From: Lingula anatina
Lineage: Eukaryota; Animalia; Brachiopoda
Assembly: GCA_051362555.1 (NCBI GenBank)
Contig: CM120643.1
Location: forward strand, 12,932,644 to 12,996,643
Direction of reading: 5' to 3'
Length of the DNA stretch: 64,000 nucleotides
In this document: in pieces, positions 50,776 through 63,117 of the stretch
How positions within the stretch are numbered: position 1 is the first letter of the stretch
Layout: each line of letters opens with the position of its first letter
The notes under the pieces: generated by a model
Told to the model about the DNA's origin: nothing
The model's database searches: none
Seen by the model: only the letters and a program-made list of their open reading frames with translations
Translations under genes and position numbers: made by a program

Positions 50776-53673
50776 TCATTTTTGGGTGATTTTGAGTGAT
50801 TTTCGTAAGGGTCGGATATTGCAGTTTTCTTCAATTTTGGCCAGGTAGGGATGAAAATTTTTTTTCTTCAATATTGTGTCAGGTAGGTGTGTTTGGTCAT
50901 TTGTAGTGAGGGTAAAGTACTGGAAGAGTGGTTGTGTCATTATTAAGGAAGAAATAGAGCAAAAACTCTCTCCACCCCCCCCTCTCCAAATCCTGTTCTC
51001 AGGTGTGCTTTCTGGCAATCTTTAAAGCTGAAATTGGGGGCTTTAATGAAGTGATCCGCGCACGTTTCCACATTTTTTATGAATGACAGGTGTGGTAAAT
51101 TGATTTTCATGACTTTTTGGAGAAATTGGTGACGGGTCATTTTTCGGTGATTTTGAGTGATTTTCGTAAGGTCGGGATATGGCAGTTTTCTTCAATTTTG
51201 TCCAGGTAGGGATGAAAAATTTTTTTCTTCAATATTGTGTCAGGTAGGTGTGTTTGGTCATTTGTAGTGAGGGTAAAGTACTGGAAGAGTGGTTTTGTCA
51301 TTATTAAGGAAGAAATAGAGCAAAAACTCTCTCCACCCCCCCCCTCTCCAAATTCTGTTCTCAGGTGTGCTTTCTGGCAATGTTTAAAGCTGAAATTGGG
51401 GGCCTTAATGAAGTGATCCGGGCGCGTTTCCACATTTTTTATGAATGAAAGGTGTGATAAATTGATTTTCATGACTTTTTGGAAAAATTGGTGACGGGTC
51501 ATTTTTGGGTGATTTTGAGTGATTTTCGTAAGGTCCGGATATGGCAGTTTTCTTCAATTTTGGCCAGGTAGGGATGAAAATTTTTTTTCTTCAATATTGT
51601 GTCAGGTAGGTGTGTTTGGTCATTTGTAGTGAGGGTAAAGTACTGGAAGAGTGGTTGTGTCATAATTAAGGAAGAAATAGAGCAAAAACTCTCTCCACCC
51701 CCCCCTCTCCAAATCCTGTTCTGAGGTGTGCTTTCTGGCAATGTTTAAAGCTGAAATTGGGGGCTTTAATGAAGTGATCCGGGCGCGTTTCCACATTTTT
51801 TATGAATGACGGGTTTGATAAATTGATTTTCATGACTTTTTGGAAAAATTGGTGACGGGTCATTTTTGGGTGATTTTGAGTGATTTTCGTAAGGTCCGGA
51901 TATGGCAGTTTTCTTCAATTTTGGCCAGGTAGGGATGAAAAATTTTTTTCTTCAATATTGTGTCAGGTAGGTGTGTTTGGTCATTTGTAGTGAGGGTAAA
52001 GTACTGGAAGAGTGGTTGTGTCATTATTAAGGAAGAAATAGAGCAAAAACTCTCTCCACCCACCCCCCCCTCTCCAAATCCTGTTCTCAGGTGTGCTTTC
52101 TGGCAATCTTTAAAGCTGAAATTGGGGGCTTTAATGAAGTGATCCGGGCGCGTTTCCACATTTTTTATGAATGACAGGTGTGATAAATTGATTTTCATGA
52201 CTTTTTGGAAAAATTGGTGACGGGTCATTTTTGGGTGATTTTGAGTGATTTTCGTAAGGGTCGGATATTGCAGTTTTCTTCAATTTTGGCCAGGTAGGGA
52301 TGAAAATTTTTTTTCTTCAATATTGTGTCAGGTAGGTGTGTTTGGTCATTTGTAGTGAGGGTAAAGTACTGGAAGAGTGGTTGTGTCATTATTAAGGAAG
52401 AAATAGAGCAAAAACTCTCTCCACCCCCCCCTCTCCAAATCCTGTTCTCAGGTGTGCTTTCTGGCAATCTTTAAAGCTGAAATTGGGGGCTTTAATGAAG
52501 TGATCCGCGCACGTTTCCACATTTTTTATGAATGACAGGTGTGGTAAATTGATTTTCATGACTTTTTGGAGAAATTGGTGACGGGTCATTTTTCGGTGAT
52601 TTTGAGTGATTTTCGTAAGGTCGGGATATGGCAGTTTTCTTCAATTTTGTCCAGGTAGGGATGAAAAATTTTTTTCTTCAATATTGTGTCAGGTAGGTGT
52701 GTTTGGTCATTTGTAGTGAGGGTAAAGTACTGGAAGAGTGGTTTTGTCATTATTAAGGAAGAAATAGAGCAAAAACTCTCTCCACCCCCCCCCTCTCCAA
52801 ATTCTGTTCTCAGGTGTGCTTTCTGGCAATGTTTAAAGCTGAAATTGGGGGCCTTAATGAAGTGATCCGGGCGCGTTTCCACATTTTTTATGAATGAAAG
52901 GTGTGATAAATTGATTTTCATGACTTTTTGGAAAAATTGGTGACGGGTCATTTTTGGGTGATTTTGAGTGATTTTCGTAAGGTCCGGATATGGCAGTTTT
53001 CTTCAATTTTGGCCAGGTAGGGATGAAAATTTTTTTTCTTCAATATTGTGTCAGGTAGGTGTGTTTGGTCATTTGTAGTGAGGGTAAAGTACTGGAAGAG
53101 TGGTTGTGTCATAATTAAGGAAGAAATAGAGCAAAAACTCTCTCCACCCCCCCCTCTCCAAATCCTGTTCTGAGGTGTGCTTTCTGGCAATGTTTAAAGC
53201 TGAAATTGGGGGCTTTAATGAAGTGATCCGGGCGCGTTTCCACATTTTTTATGAATGACGGGTTTGATAAATTGATTTTCATGACTTTTTGGAAAAATTG
53301 GTGACGGGTCATTTTTGGGTGATTTTGAGTGATTTTCGTAAGGTCCGGATATGGCAGTTTTCTTCAATTTTGGCCAGGTAGGGATGAAAAATTTTTTTCT
53401 TCAATATTGTGTCAGGTAGGTGTGTTTGGTCATTTGTAGTGAGGGTAAAGTACTGGAAGAGTGGTTGTGTCATTATTAAGGAAGAAATAGAGCAAAAACT
53501 CTCTCCACCCACCCCCCCCTCTCCAAATCCTGTTCTCAGGTGTGCTTTCTGGCAATCTTTAAAGCTGAAATTGGGGGCTTTAATGAAGTGATCCGGGCGC
53601 GTTTCCACATTTTTTATGAATGACAGGTGTGATAAATTGATTTTCATGACTTTTTGGAAAAATTGGTGAGGGG
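50776..53673. repeat. Near-perfect tandem 4-mer duplication (2 x 1449 bp)
   Basis: ORFs 50776/52225, 51137/52586, 51499/52948 and 51860/53309 are all offset by 1449 with essentially identical translations. Confidence 0.93.
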
Positions 53674-56600
53674 TCATTTTTGGGTGATTTTGAGTGATTT
53701 TCGTAAGGTCCGGATATGGCAGTTTTCTTCAATTTTGACCAGGTAGGGATGAAAAATTTTTTTCTTCAATATTGTGTCAGGTAGGTGTGTTTGGTCATTT
53801 GTAGTGAGGGTAAAGTACTGGAAGAGTGGTTTTGTCATTATTAAGGAAGAAATAGAGCAAAAACTCTCTCCCCCCCCCCCCTCTCTCTCCAAATCCTGTT
53901 CTCAGGTGTGCTTTCTGGCAATCTTTAAAGCTGAAATTGGGGGCTTTAATGAAGTGGTCCGGGCGCGTTTCCACATTTTTTATGAATGACAGGTGTGGTA
54001 AATTGATTTTCATGACTTTTTGGAGAAATTGGTGACGGGTCATTTTTGTTTGATTTTGAGTGATTTTCGTTAGGTCCGGATATGGTAGTTTTCTTCAATT
54101 TTGGCCAGGTAGGGATGAAAAATTTTTTTCTTCAATATTGTGTCAGGTAGGTGTGTTTGGTCATTTATAGTGAGGGTAAAGTACTGGAAGAGTGGTTGTG
54201 TCATTATTAAGGAAGAAATAGATCAAAAACTCTCTCCACCCCCCCCTCTCCAAATCCTGTTCTCAGGTGTGCTTTCTGGCAATCTTTAAAGCTGAAATTG
54301 GGGGCTTTAATGAAGTGATCCGGGCGCGTTTCCACATTTTTTATGAATGACAGGTGTGGTAAATTGATTTTCATGACTTTTTGGAGAAATTGGTGACGGG
54401 TCATTTTTGGGTGATTTTGAGTGATTTTCGTTAGGTCCGGATTATGTAGTTTTCTTCAATTTTGGCCAGGTAGGGATGAAAAATTTTTTTCTTCAATATT
54501 GTGTCAGGTAGGTGTGTTTGGTCATTTGTAGTGAGGGTAAAGTACTGGAAGAGTGGTTGTGTCATTATTAAGGAAATAATAGAGCAAAAACTCTCTCCAC
54601 CCCACCCCCCTCTCTCCAAATCCTGTTCTCAGGTGTGCTTTCTGGCAATCTTTAAAGCTGAAATTGGGGGCTTTAATGAAGTGATCCGCGCACGTTTCCA
54701 CATTTTTTATGAATGACAGGTGTGGTAAATTGATTTTCATGACTTTTTGGAGAAATTGGTGACGGGTCATTTTTCGGTGATTTTGAGTGATTTTCGTAAG
54801 GTCGGGATATGGCAGTTTTCTTCAATTTTGGCCAGGTAGGGATGAAAAATTTTTTTCTTCAATATTGTGTCAGGTAGGTGTGTTTGGTCATTTGTAGTGA
54901 GGGTAAAGTACTGGAAGAGTGGTTTTGTCATTATTAAGGAAGAAATAGAGCAAAAACTCTCTCCACCCCCCCCCCCTCTCCAAATCCTGTTCTCAGGTGT
55001 GCTTTCTGGCAATGTTTAAAGCTGAAATTGGGGGCCTTAATGAAGTGATCCGGGCGCGTTTCCACATTTTTTATGAATGACAGGTGTGATAAATTGATTT
55101 TCATGACTTTTTGGAAAAATTGGTGACGGGTCATTTTTGGGTGATTTTGAGTGATTTTCGTAAGGTCCGGATATGGCAGTTTTCTTCAATTTTGGCCAGG
55201 TAGGGATGAAAATTTTTTTTCTTCAATATTGTGTCAGGTAGGTGTGTTTGGTCATTTGTAGTGAGGGTAAAGTACTGGAAGAGTGGTTGTGTCATAATTA
55301 AGGAAGAAATAGAGCAAAAACTCTCTCCACCCCCCCTCTCCAAATCCTGTTCTGAGGTGTGCTTTCTGGCAATGTTTAAAGCTGAAATTGGGGGCTTTAA
55401 TGAAGTGATCCGGGCGCGTTTCCACATTTTTTATGAATGACGGGTTTGATAAATTGATTTTCATGACTTTTTGGAAAAATTGGTGACGGGTCATTTTTGG
55501 GTGATTTTGAGTGATTTTCGTAAGGTCCGGATATGGCAGTTTTCTTCAATTTTGGCCAGGTAGGGATGAAAAATTTTTTTCTTCAATATTGTGTCAGGTA
55601 GGTGTGTTTGGTCATTTGTAGTGAGGGTAAAGTACTGGAAGAGTGGTTGTGTCATTATTAAGGAAGAAATAGAGCAAAAACTCTCTCCACCCCCCCCTCT
55701 CCAAATCCTGTTCTGAGGTGTGCTTTCTGGCAATGTTTAAAGCTGAAATTGGGGGCTTTAATGAAGTGATCCGGGCGCGTTTCCTCATTTTTTATGTATG
55801 ACGGGTTTGATAAATTGATTTTCATGACTTTTTGGAAAAATTGGTGACGGGGCATTTTTGGGTGATTTTGAGTGATTTTCGTAAGGTCCGGATATGGCAG
55901 TTTTCTTCAATTTTGGCCAGGTAGGGATGAAAAATTTTTTTCTTTAATATTGTGTCAGGTGGGTGTTTTTTGTCATTTGTAGTGAGGGTAAAGTACTGGA
56001 AGAGTGGTTGTGTCATTATTAAGGAAGAAATAGAGCAAAAACTCTCTCCACCCCCCCCCCTCTCCAAATCCTGTTCTCAGGTGTGCTTTCTGGCAATGTT
56101 TAAAGCTGAAATTGAGGGCTTTAATGAAGTGATCCGGGCGCGTTTCCACATTTTTTATGAATGACAGGTGTGATAAATTGATTTTCATGACTTTTTGGAA
56201 AAATTGGTGACGGGTCATTTTTGGGTGATTTTGAGTGATTTTCGTAAGGTCCGGATATGGCAGTTTTCTTCAATTTTGACCAGGTAGGGATGAAAAATTT
56301 TTTTCTTCAATATTGTGTCAGGTAGGTGTGTTTGGTCATTTGTAGTGAGGGTAAAGTACTGGAAGAGTGGTTTTGTCATTATTAAGGAAGAAATAGAGCA
56401 AAAACTCTCTCCACCCCCCCCCCCCCCCCGCCTCTCTCTCCAAATCCTGTTCTCAGGTGTACTTTCTGGCAATCTTTAAAGCTGAAATTGGGGGCTTTAA
56501 TGAAGTGATCCGGGCGCGTTTCCACATTTTTTATGAATGACAGGTGTGATAAATTGATTTTCATGACTTTTTGGAAAAATTGGTGAGGGGTCATTTTTGG

Positions 56601-59600
56601 GTGATTTTGAGTGATTTTCGTAAGGTCCGGATATGGCAGTTTTCTTCAATTTTGACCAGGTAGGGATGAAAAATTTTTTTCTTCAATATTGTGTCAGGTA
56701 GGTGTGTTTGGTCATTTGTAGTGAGGGTAAAGTACTGGAAGAGTGGTTTTGTCATTATTAAGGAAGAAATAGAGCAAAAACTCTCTCCCCCCCCCTCTCT
56801 CTCCAAATCCTGTTCTCAGGTGTGCTTTCTGGCAATCTTTAAAGCTGAAATTGGGGGCTTTAATGAAGTGGTCCGGGCGCGTTTCCACATTTTTTATGAA
56901 TGACAGGTGTGGTAAATTGATTTTCATGACTTTTTGGAGAAATTGGTGACGGGTCATTTTTGGGTGATTTTGAGTGATTTTCGTTAGGTCCGGATATGGT
57001 AGTTTTCTTCAATTTTGGCCAGGTAGGGATGAAAAATTTTTTTCTTCAATATTGTGTCAGGTAGGTGTGTTTGGTCATTTATAGTGAGGGTAAAGTACTG
57101 GAAGAGTGGTTGTGTCATTATTAAGGAAGAAATAGAGCAAAAACTCTCTCCACCCCCCCCTCTCCAAATCCTGTTCTCAGGTGTGCTTTCTGGCAATCTT
57201 TAAAGCTGAAATTGGGGGCTTTAATGAAGTGATCCGGGCGCGTTTCCACATTTTTTATGAATGACAGGTGTGGTAAATTGATTTTCATGACTTTTTGGAG
57301 AAATTGGTGACGGGTCATTTTTGGGTGATTTTGAGTGATTTTCGTTAGGTCCGGATTATGTAGTTTTCTTCAATTTTGGCCAGGTAGGGATGAAAAATTT
57401 TTTTCTTCAATATTGTGTCAGGTAGGTGTGTTTGGTCATTTGTAGTGAGGGTAAAGTACTGGAAGAGTGGTTGTGTCATTATTAAGGAAATAATAGAGCA
57501 AAAACTCTCTCCACCCCACCCCCCTCTCTCCAAATCCTGTTCTCAGGTGTGCTTTCTGGCAATCTTTAAAGCTGAAATTGAGGGCTTTAATGAAGTGATC
57601 CGGGCGCGTTTCCACATTTTTTATGAATGACAGGTGTGATAAATTGATTTTCATGACTTTTTGGAAAAATTGGTGACGGGTCATTTTTGGGTGATTTTGA
57701 GTGATTTTTGTAAGGTCCGGATATGGCAGTTTTCTTCAATTTTGACCAGGTAGGGATGAAAAATTTTTTTCTTCAATATTTTGTCAGGTAGGTGTGTTTG
57801 GTCATTTGTAGTGAGGGTAAAGTACTGGAAGAGTGGTTTTGTCTTTTTAAGGAAGAAATAGTGCAAAAACTCTCTCCACACCCCCCCCCCCCCTCTCTTC
57901 AAATCCTGTTCTCAGATGTGCTTTCTGGCAATCATTAAAGCTGAAATTGGGGGCTTTAATGAAGTGATCCGGGCGTGTTTCCACATTTTTTATGAATGAC
58001 AGGTGTGGTAAATTGATTTTCATGACTTTTTGGAGAAATTGGTGACGGGTCATTTTTGGGTGATTTTGAGTGATTTTTGTAAGGTCCGGATATGGCAGTT
58101 TTCTTCAAATTTGGCCAGGTAGGGATGAAAAATTTTTTTCTTCAATATTGTGTCAGGTAGGTGTGTTTGGTCATTTGTAGTGAGGGTAAAGTACTGGAAG
58201 AGTGGTTGTGTCATTATTAAGGAAGAAATAGAGCAAAAACTCTCTCCACCCCCCCCCCCCCTCTCCAAATCCTGTTCTCAGGTGTGCTTTCTGGCAATCT
58301 TTAAAGCTGAAATTGGGGGCTTTAATGAAGTGATCCGCGCACGTTTCCACATTTTTTATGAATGACAGGTGTGGTAAATTGATTTTCATGACTTTTTGGA
58401 GAAATTGGTGACGGGTCATTTTTCGGTGATTTTGAGTGATTTTCGTAAGGTCGGGATATGGCAGTTTTCTTCAATTTTGGCCAGGTAGGGATGAAAAATT
58501 TTTTTCTTCAATATTGTGTCAGGTAGGTGTGTTTGGTCATTTGTAGTGAGGGTAAAGTACTGGAAGAGTGGTTTTGTCATTATTAAGGAAGAAATAGAGC
58601 AAAAACTCTCTCCACCCCCCCCCCTCTCCAAATCCTTTTCTCAGGTGTGCTTTCTGGCAATGTTTAAAGCTGAAATTGGGGGCCTTAATGAAGTGATCCG
58701 GGCGCGTTTCCACATTTTTTATGAATGACAGGTGTGATAAATTGATTTTCATGACTTTTTGGAAAAATTGGTGACGGGTCATTTTTGGGTGATTTTGAGT
58801 GATTTTCATAAGGTCCGGATATGGCAGTTTTCTTCAATTTTGGCCAGGTAGGGATGAAAAATTTTTTTTCTTCAATATTGTGTCAGGTAGGTGTGTTTGG
58901 TCATTTGTAGTGAGGGTAAAGTACTGGAAGAGTGGTTGTGTCATTATTAAGGAAGAAATAGAGCAAAAACTCTCTCCACCCCCCCCTCTCCAAATCCTGT
59001 TCTGAGGTGTGCTTTCTGGCAATGTTTAAAGCTGAAATTGGGGGCTTTAATGAAGTGATCCGGGCGCGTTTCCACATTTTTTATGAATGACGGGTTTGAT
59101 AAATTGATTTTCATGACTTTTTGGAAAAATTGGTGACGGGTCATTTTTGGGTGATTTTGAGTGATTTTCGTAAGGTCCGGATATGGCAGTTTTCTTCAAT
59201 TTTGGCCAGGTAGGGATGAAAAATTTTTTTCTTCAATATTGTGTCAGGTGGGTGTTTTTTGTCATTTGTAGTGAGGGTAAAGTACTGGAAGAGTGGTTGT
59301 GTCATTATTAAGGAAGAAATAGAGCAAAAACTCTCTCCACCCCCCCCCCCCCTCTCCAAATCCTGTTCTCAGGTGTGCTTTCTGGCAATGTTTAAAGCTG
59401 AAATTGAGGGCTTTAATGAAGTGATCCGGGCGCGTTTCCACATTTTTTATGAATGACAGGTGTGATAAATTGATTTTCATGACTTTTTGGAAAAATTGGT
59501 GACGGGTCATTTTTGGGTGATTTTGAGTGATTTTCGTAAGGTCCGGATATGGCAGTTTTCTTCAATTTTGACCAGGTAGGGATGAAAAATTTTTTTCTTC

Positions 59601-60780
59601 AATATTGTGTCAGGTAGGTGTGTTTGGTCATTTGTAGTGAGGGTAAAGTACTGGAAGAGTGGTTTTGTCATTATTAAGGAAGAAATAGAGCAAAAACTCT
59701 CTCCACCCCCCCCCCCTCTCTCTCCAAATCCTGTTCTCAGGTGTGCTTTCTGGCAATCTTTAAAGCTGAAATTGGGGGCTTTAATGAAGTGATCCGGGCG
59801 CGTTTCCACATTTTTTATGAATGACAGGTGTGATAAATTGATTTTCATGACTTTTTGGAAAAATTGGTGACGGGTCATTTTTGGGTGATTTTGAGTGATT
59901 TTCGTAAGGTCCGGATATGGCAGTTTTCTTCAATTTTGACCAGGTAGGGATGAAAAATTTTTTTCTTCAATATTGTGTCAGGTAGGTGTGTTTGGTCATT
60001 TGTAGTGAGGGTAAAGTACTGGAAGAGTGGTTTTGTCATTATTAAGGAAGAAATAGAGCAAAAACTCTCTCCCCCCCCCCTCTCTCTCCAAATCCTGTTC
60101 TCAGGTGTGCTTTCTGGCAATCTTTAAAGCTGAAATTGGGGGCTTTAATGAAGTGGTCCCGGCGCGTTTCCACATTTTTTATGAATGACAGGTGTGGTAA
60201 ATTGATTTTCATGACTTTTTGGAGAAATTGGTGACGGGTCATTTTTGGGTGATTTTGAGTGATTTTCGTTAGGTCCGGATATGGTAGTTTTCTTCAATTT
60301 TGGCCAGGTAGGGATGAAAAATTTTTTTCTTCAATATTGTGTCAGGTAGGTGTGTTTGGTCATTTGTAGTGAGGGTAAAGTACTGGAAGAGTGGTTGTGT
60401 CATTATTAAGGAAGAAATAGAGCAAAAACTCTCTCCACCCCCCCCTCTCCAAATCCTGTTCTCAGGTGTGCTTTCTGGCAATCTTTAAAGCTGAAATTGG
60501 GGGCTTTAATGAAGTGATCCGGGCGCGTTTCCACATTTTTTATGAATGACAGGTGTGGTAAATTGATTTTCATGACTTTTTGGAGAAATTGGTGACGGGT
60601 CATTTTTGGGTGATTTTGAGTGATTTTCGTTAGGTCCGGATTATGTAGTTTTCTTCAATTTTGGCCAGGTAGGGATGAAAATTTTTTTTCTTCAATATTG
60701 TGTCAGGTAGGTGTGTTTGGTCATTTGTAGTGAGGGTAAAGTACTGGAAGAGTGGTTGTGTCATTATTAAGGAAGAAATA
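53674..60780. repeat. Overlapping imperfect 8- to 10-mer duplications in domain III
   Basis: Offsets 2917 (53674/56591), 3284-3289 (56591/59875, 55952/59241) and 3649 (54767/58416), marked by GAAGTGGTCC, GGGTGTTTTTTGTC and GGATTATGTAG. Confidence 0.75.
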
Positions 60781-60946
60781 GAGCAAAAACTCTCTCCAAA
60801 TCCTGTTCTCATGTGTGCTTTCTGGCAATCTTTAAAGCTGAAATTGGGGGCTTTAATGAAGTGATCCGGGCGCGTTTCCACATTTTTTATGAATGACAGG
60901 TGTGGTAAATTGATTTTCATGACTTTTTGGAGAAATTGGTGACGGG

Positions 60947-63117
60947 TCATTTTTGGGTGATTTTCGTAAGGTCCGGATATGGCAGTATTCTTCAATTTTG
61001 ACCAGGTAGGGATGAAAAAATTTTTTCTTCAATATTGTGTCAGGTAGGTGTGTTTGGTCATTTGTAGTGAGGGTAAAGTACTGGAAGAGTGGTTTTGTCA
61101 TTATTAAGGAAATAATAGAGCAAAAACTCTCTCCACCCCACCCCCCTCTCTCCAAATCCTGTTCTCAGGTGTGCTTTCTGGCAATCTTTAAAGCTGAAAT
61201 TGAGGGCTTTAATGAAGTGATCCGGGCGCGTTTCCACATTTTTTATGAATGACAGGTGTGATAAATTGATTTTCATGACTTTTTGGAAAAATTGGTGACG
61301 GGTCATTTTTGGGTGATTTTGAGTGATTTTTGTAAGGTCCGGATATGGCAGTTTTCTTCAATTTTGACCAGGTAGGGATGAAAAATTTTTTTCTTCAATA
61401 TTTTGTCAGGTAGGTGTGTTTGGTCATTTGTAGTGAGGGTAAAGTACTGGAAGAGTGGTTTTGTCTTTTTAAGGAAGAAATAGTGCAAAAACTCTCTCCA
61501 CACCCCCCCCCCCCCTCTCTCCAAATCCTGTTCTCAGATGTGCTTTCTGGCAATCATTAAAGCTGAAATTGGGGGCTTTAATGAAGTGATCCGGGCGTGT
61601 TTCCACATTTTTTATGAATGACAGGTGTGGTAAATTGATTTTCATGACTTTTTGGAGAAATTGGTGACGGGTCATTTTTGGGTGATTTTGATTGATTTTC
61701 GTAAGGTCCGGATATGGCAGTTTTCTTCAATTTTGGCCAGGTAGGGATGAAAAATTTTTTTCTTCAATATTGTGTCAGGTAGGTGTGTTTGGTCATTTGT
61801 AGTGAGGGTAAAGTACTGGAAGAGTGGTTTTGTCATTATTAAGGAAGACATAGAGCAAAAACTCTCTCAACCCCCCCTCTCCAAATCCTGTTCTCAGGTG
61901 TGCTTTCTGGCAATCTTTAAAGCTGAAATTGGGGGCTTTAATGAAGTGATCCAGGTGCGTTTCCACATTTTGTATGAATGACAGGTGTGATAAATTGATT
62001 TTCATGACTTTTTGGAAAAATTGGTGACGGGTCATTTTTGGGTGATTTTGAGTGATTTTCGCAAGGTCCGGATATGGCAGTTTTCTTCAATTTTGACCAG
62101 GTAGGGATGAAAAATTTTTTTTCTTCAATATTGTTTCAGGTAGATGTGTTTGGTCATTTGTAGTGAGGGTAAAGTACTGGAAGAGTGGTTTTGTCATTAT
62201 TAAGGAAGAAATAGAACAAAAACTCTCTCCACCCCCCCCTCTCTCTCCAAATCCTGTTCTCAGGTGTGCTTTCTGGTAATCTTAAAAGCTGAAATTGGGG
62301 GCTTTAATCACGTGATCTGGGCGCGTTTCCACATTTTTTATGAATGACAGGTGTGGTAAATTGATTTTCATGACTTTTTGGAGAAATTGGTGACGGGTCA
62401 TTTTTGGGTGATTTTCGTAAGGTCCGGATATGGCAGTATTCTTCAATTTTGACCAGGTAGGGATGAAAAAATTTTTTCTTCAATATTGTGTCAGGTAGGT
62501 GTGTTTGGTCATTTGTAGTGAGGGTAAAGTACTGGAAGAGTGGTTTTGTCATTATTAAGGAAATAATAGAGCAAAAACTCTCTCCACCCCACCCCCCTCT
62601 CTCCAAATCCTGTTCTCAGGTGTGCTTTCTGGCAATCTTTAAAGCTGAAATTGAGGGCTTTAATGAAGTGATCCGGGCGCGTTTCCACATTTTTTATGAA
62701 TGACAGGTGTGATAAATTGATTTTCATGACTTTTTGGAAAAATTGGTGACGGGTCACTTTTGGGTGATTTTGAGTGATTTTTGTAAGGTCCGGATATGGC
62801 AGTTTTCTTCAATTTTGACCAGGTAGGGATGAAAAATTTTTTTCTTCAATATTTTGTCAGGTAGGTGTGTTTGGTCATTTGTAGTGAGGGTAAAGTACTG
62901 GAAGAGTGGTTTTGTCTTTTTAAGGAAGAAATAGTGCAAAAACTCTCTCCACACCCCCCCCTCTCTCCAAATCCTGTTCTCAGATGTGCTTTCTGGCAAT
63001 CATTAAAGCTGAAATTGGGGGCTTTAATGAAGTGATCCGGGCGTGTTTCCACATTTTTTATGAAAGACAGGTGTGGTAAATTGATTTTCATGACCTTTTG
63101 GAGAAATTGGTGACGTG
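60947..63117. repeat. Two-monomer block repeated at 1451-bp spacing (60947-61671 and 62398-63117)
   Basis: ORFs 61037/62488 and 61303/62754. Shared GGAAATAATAG, CTCAGATGTG and CAATCATTAA. A related copy lies at ~57480-58049. Confidence 0.82.
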
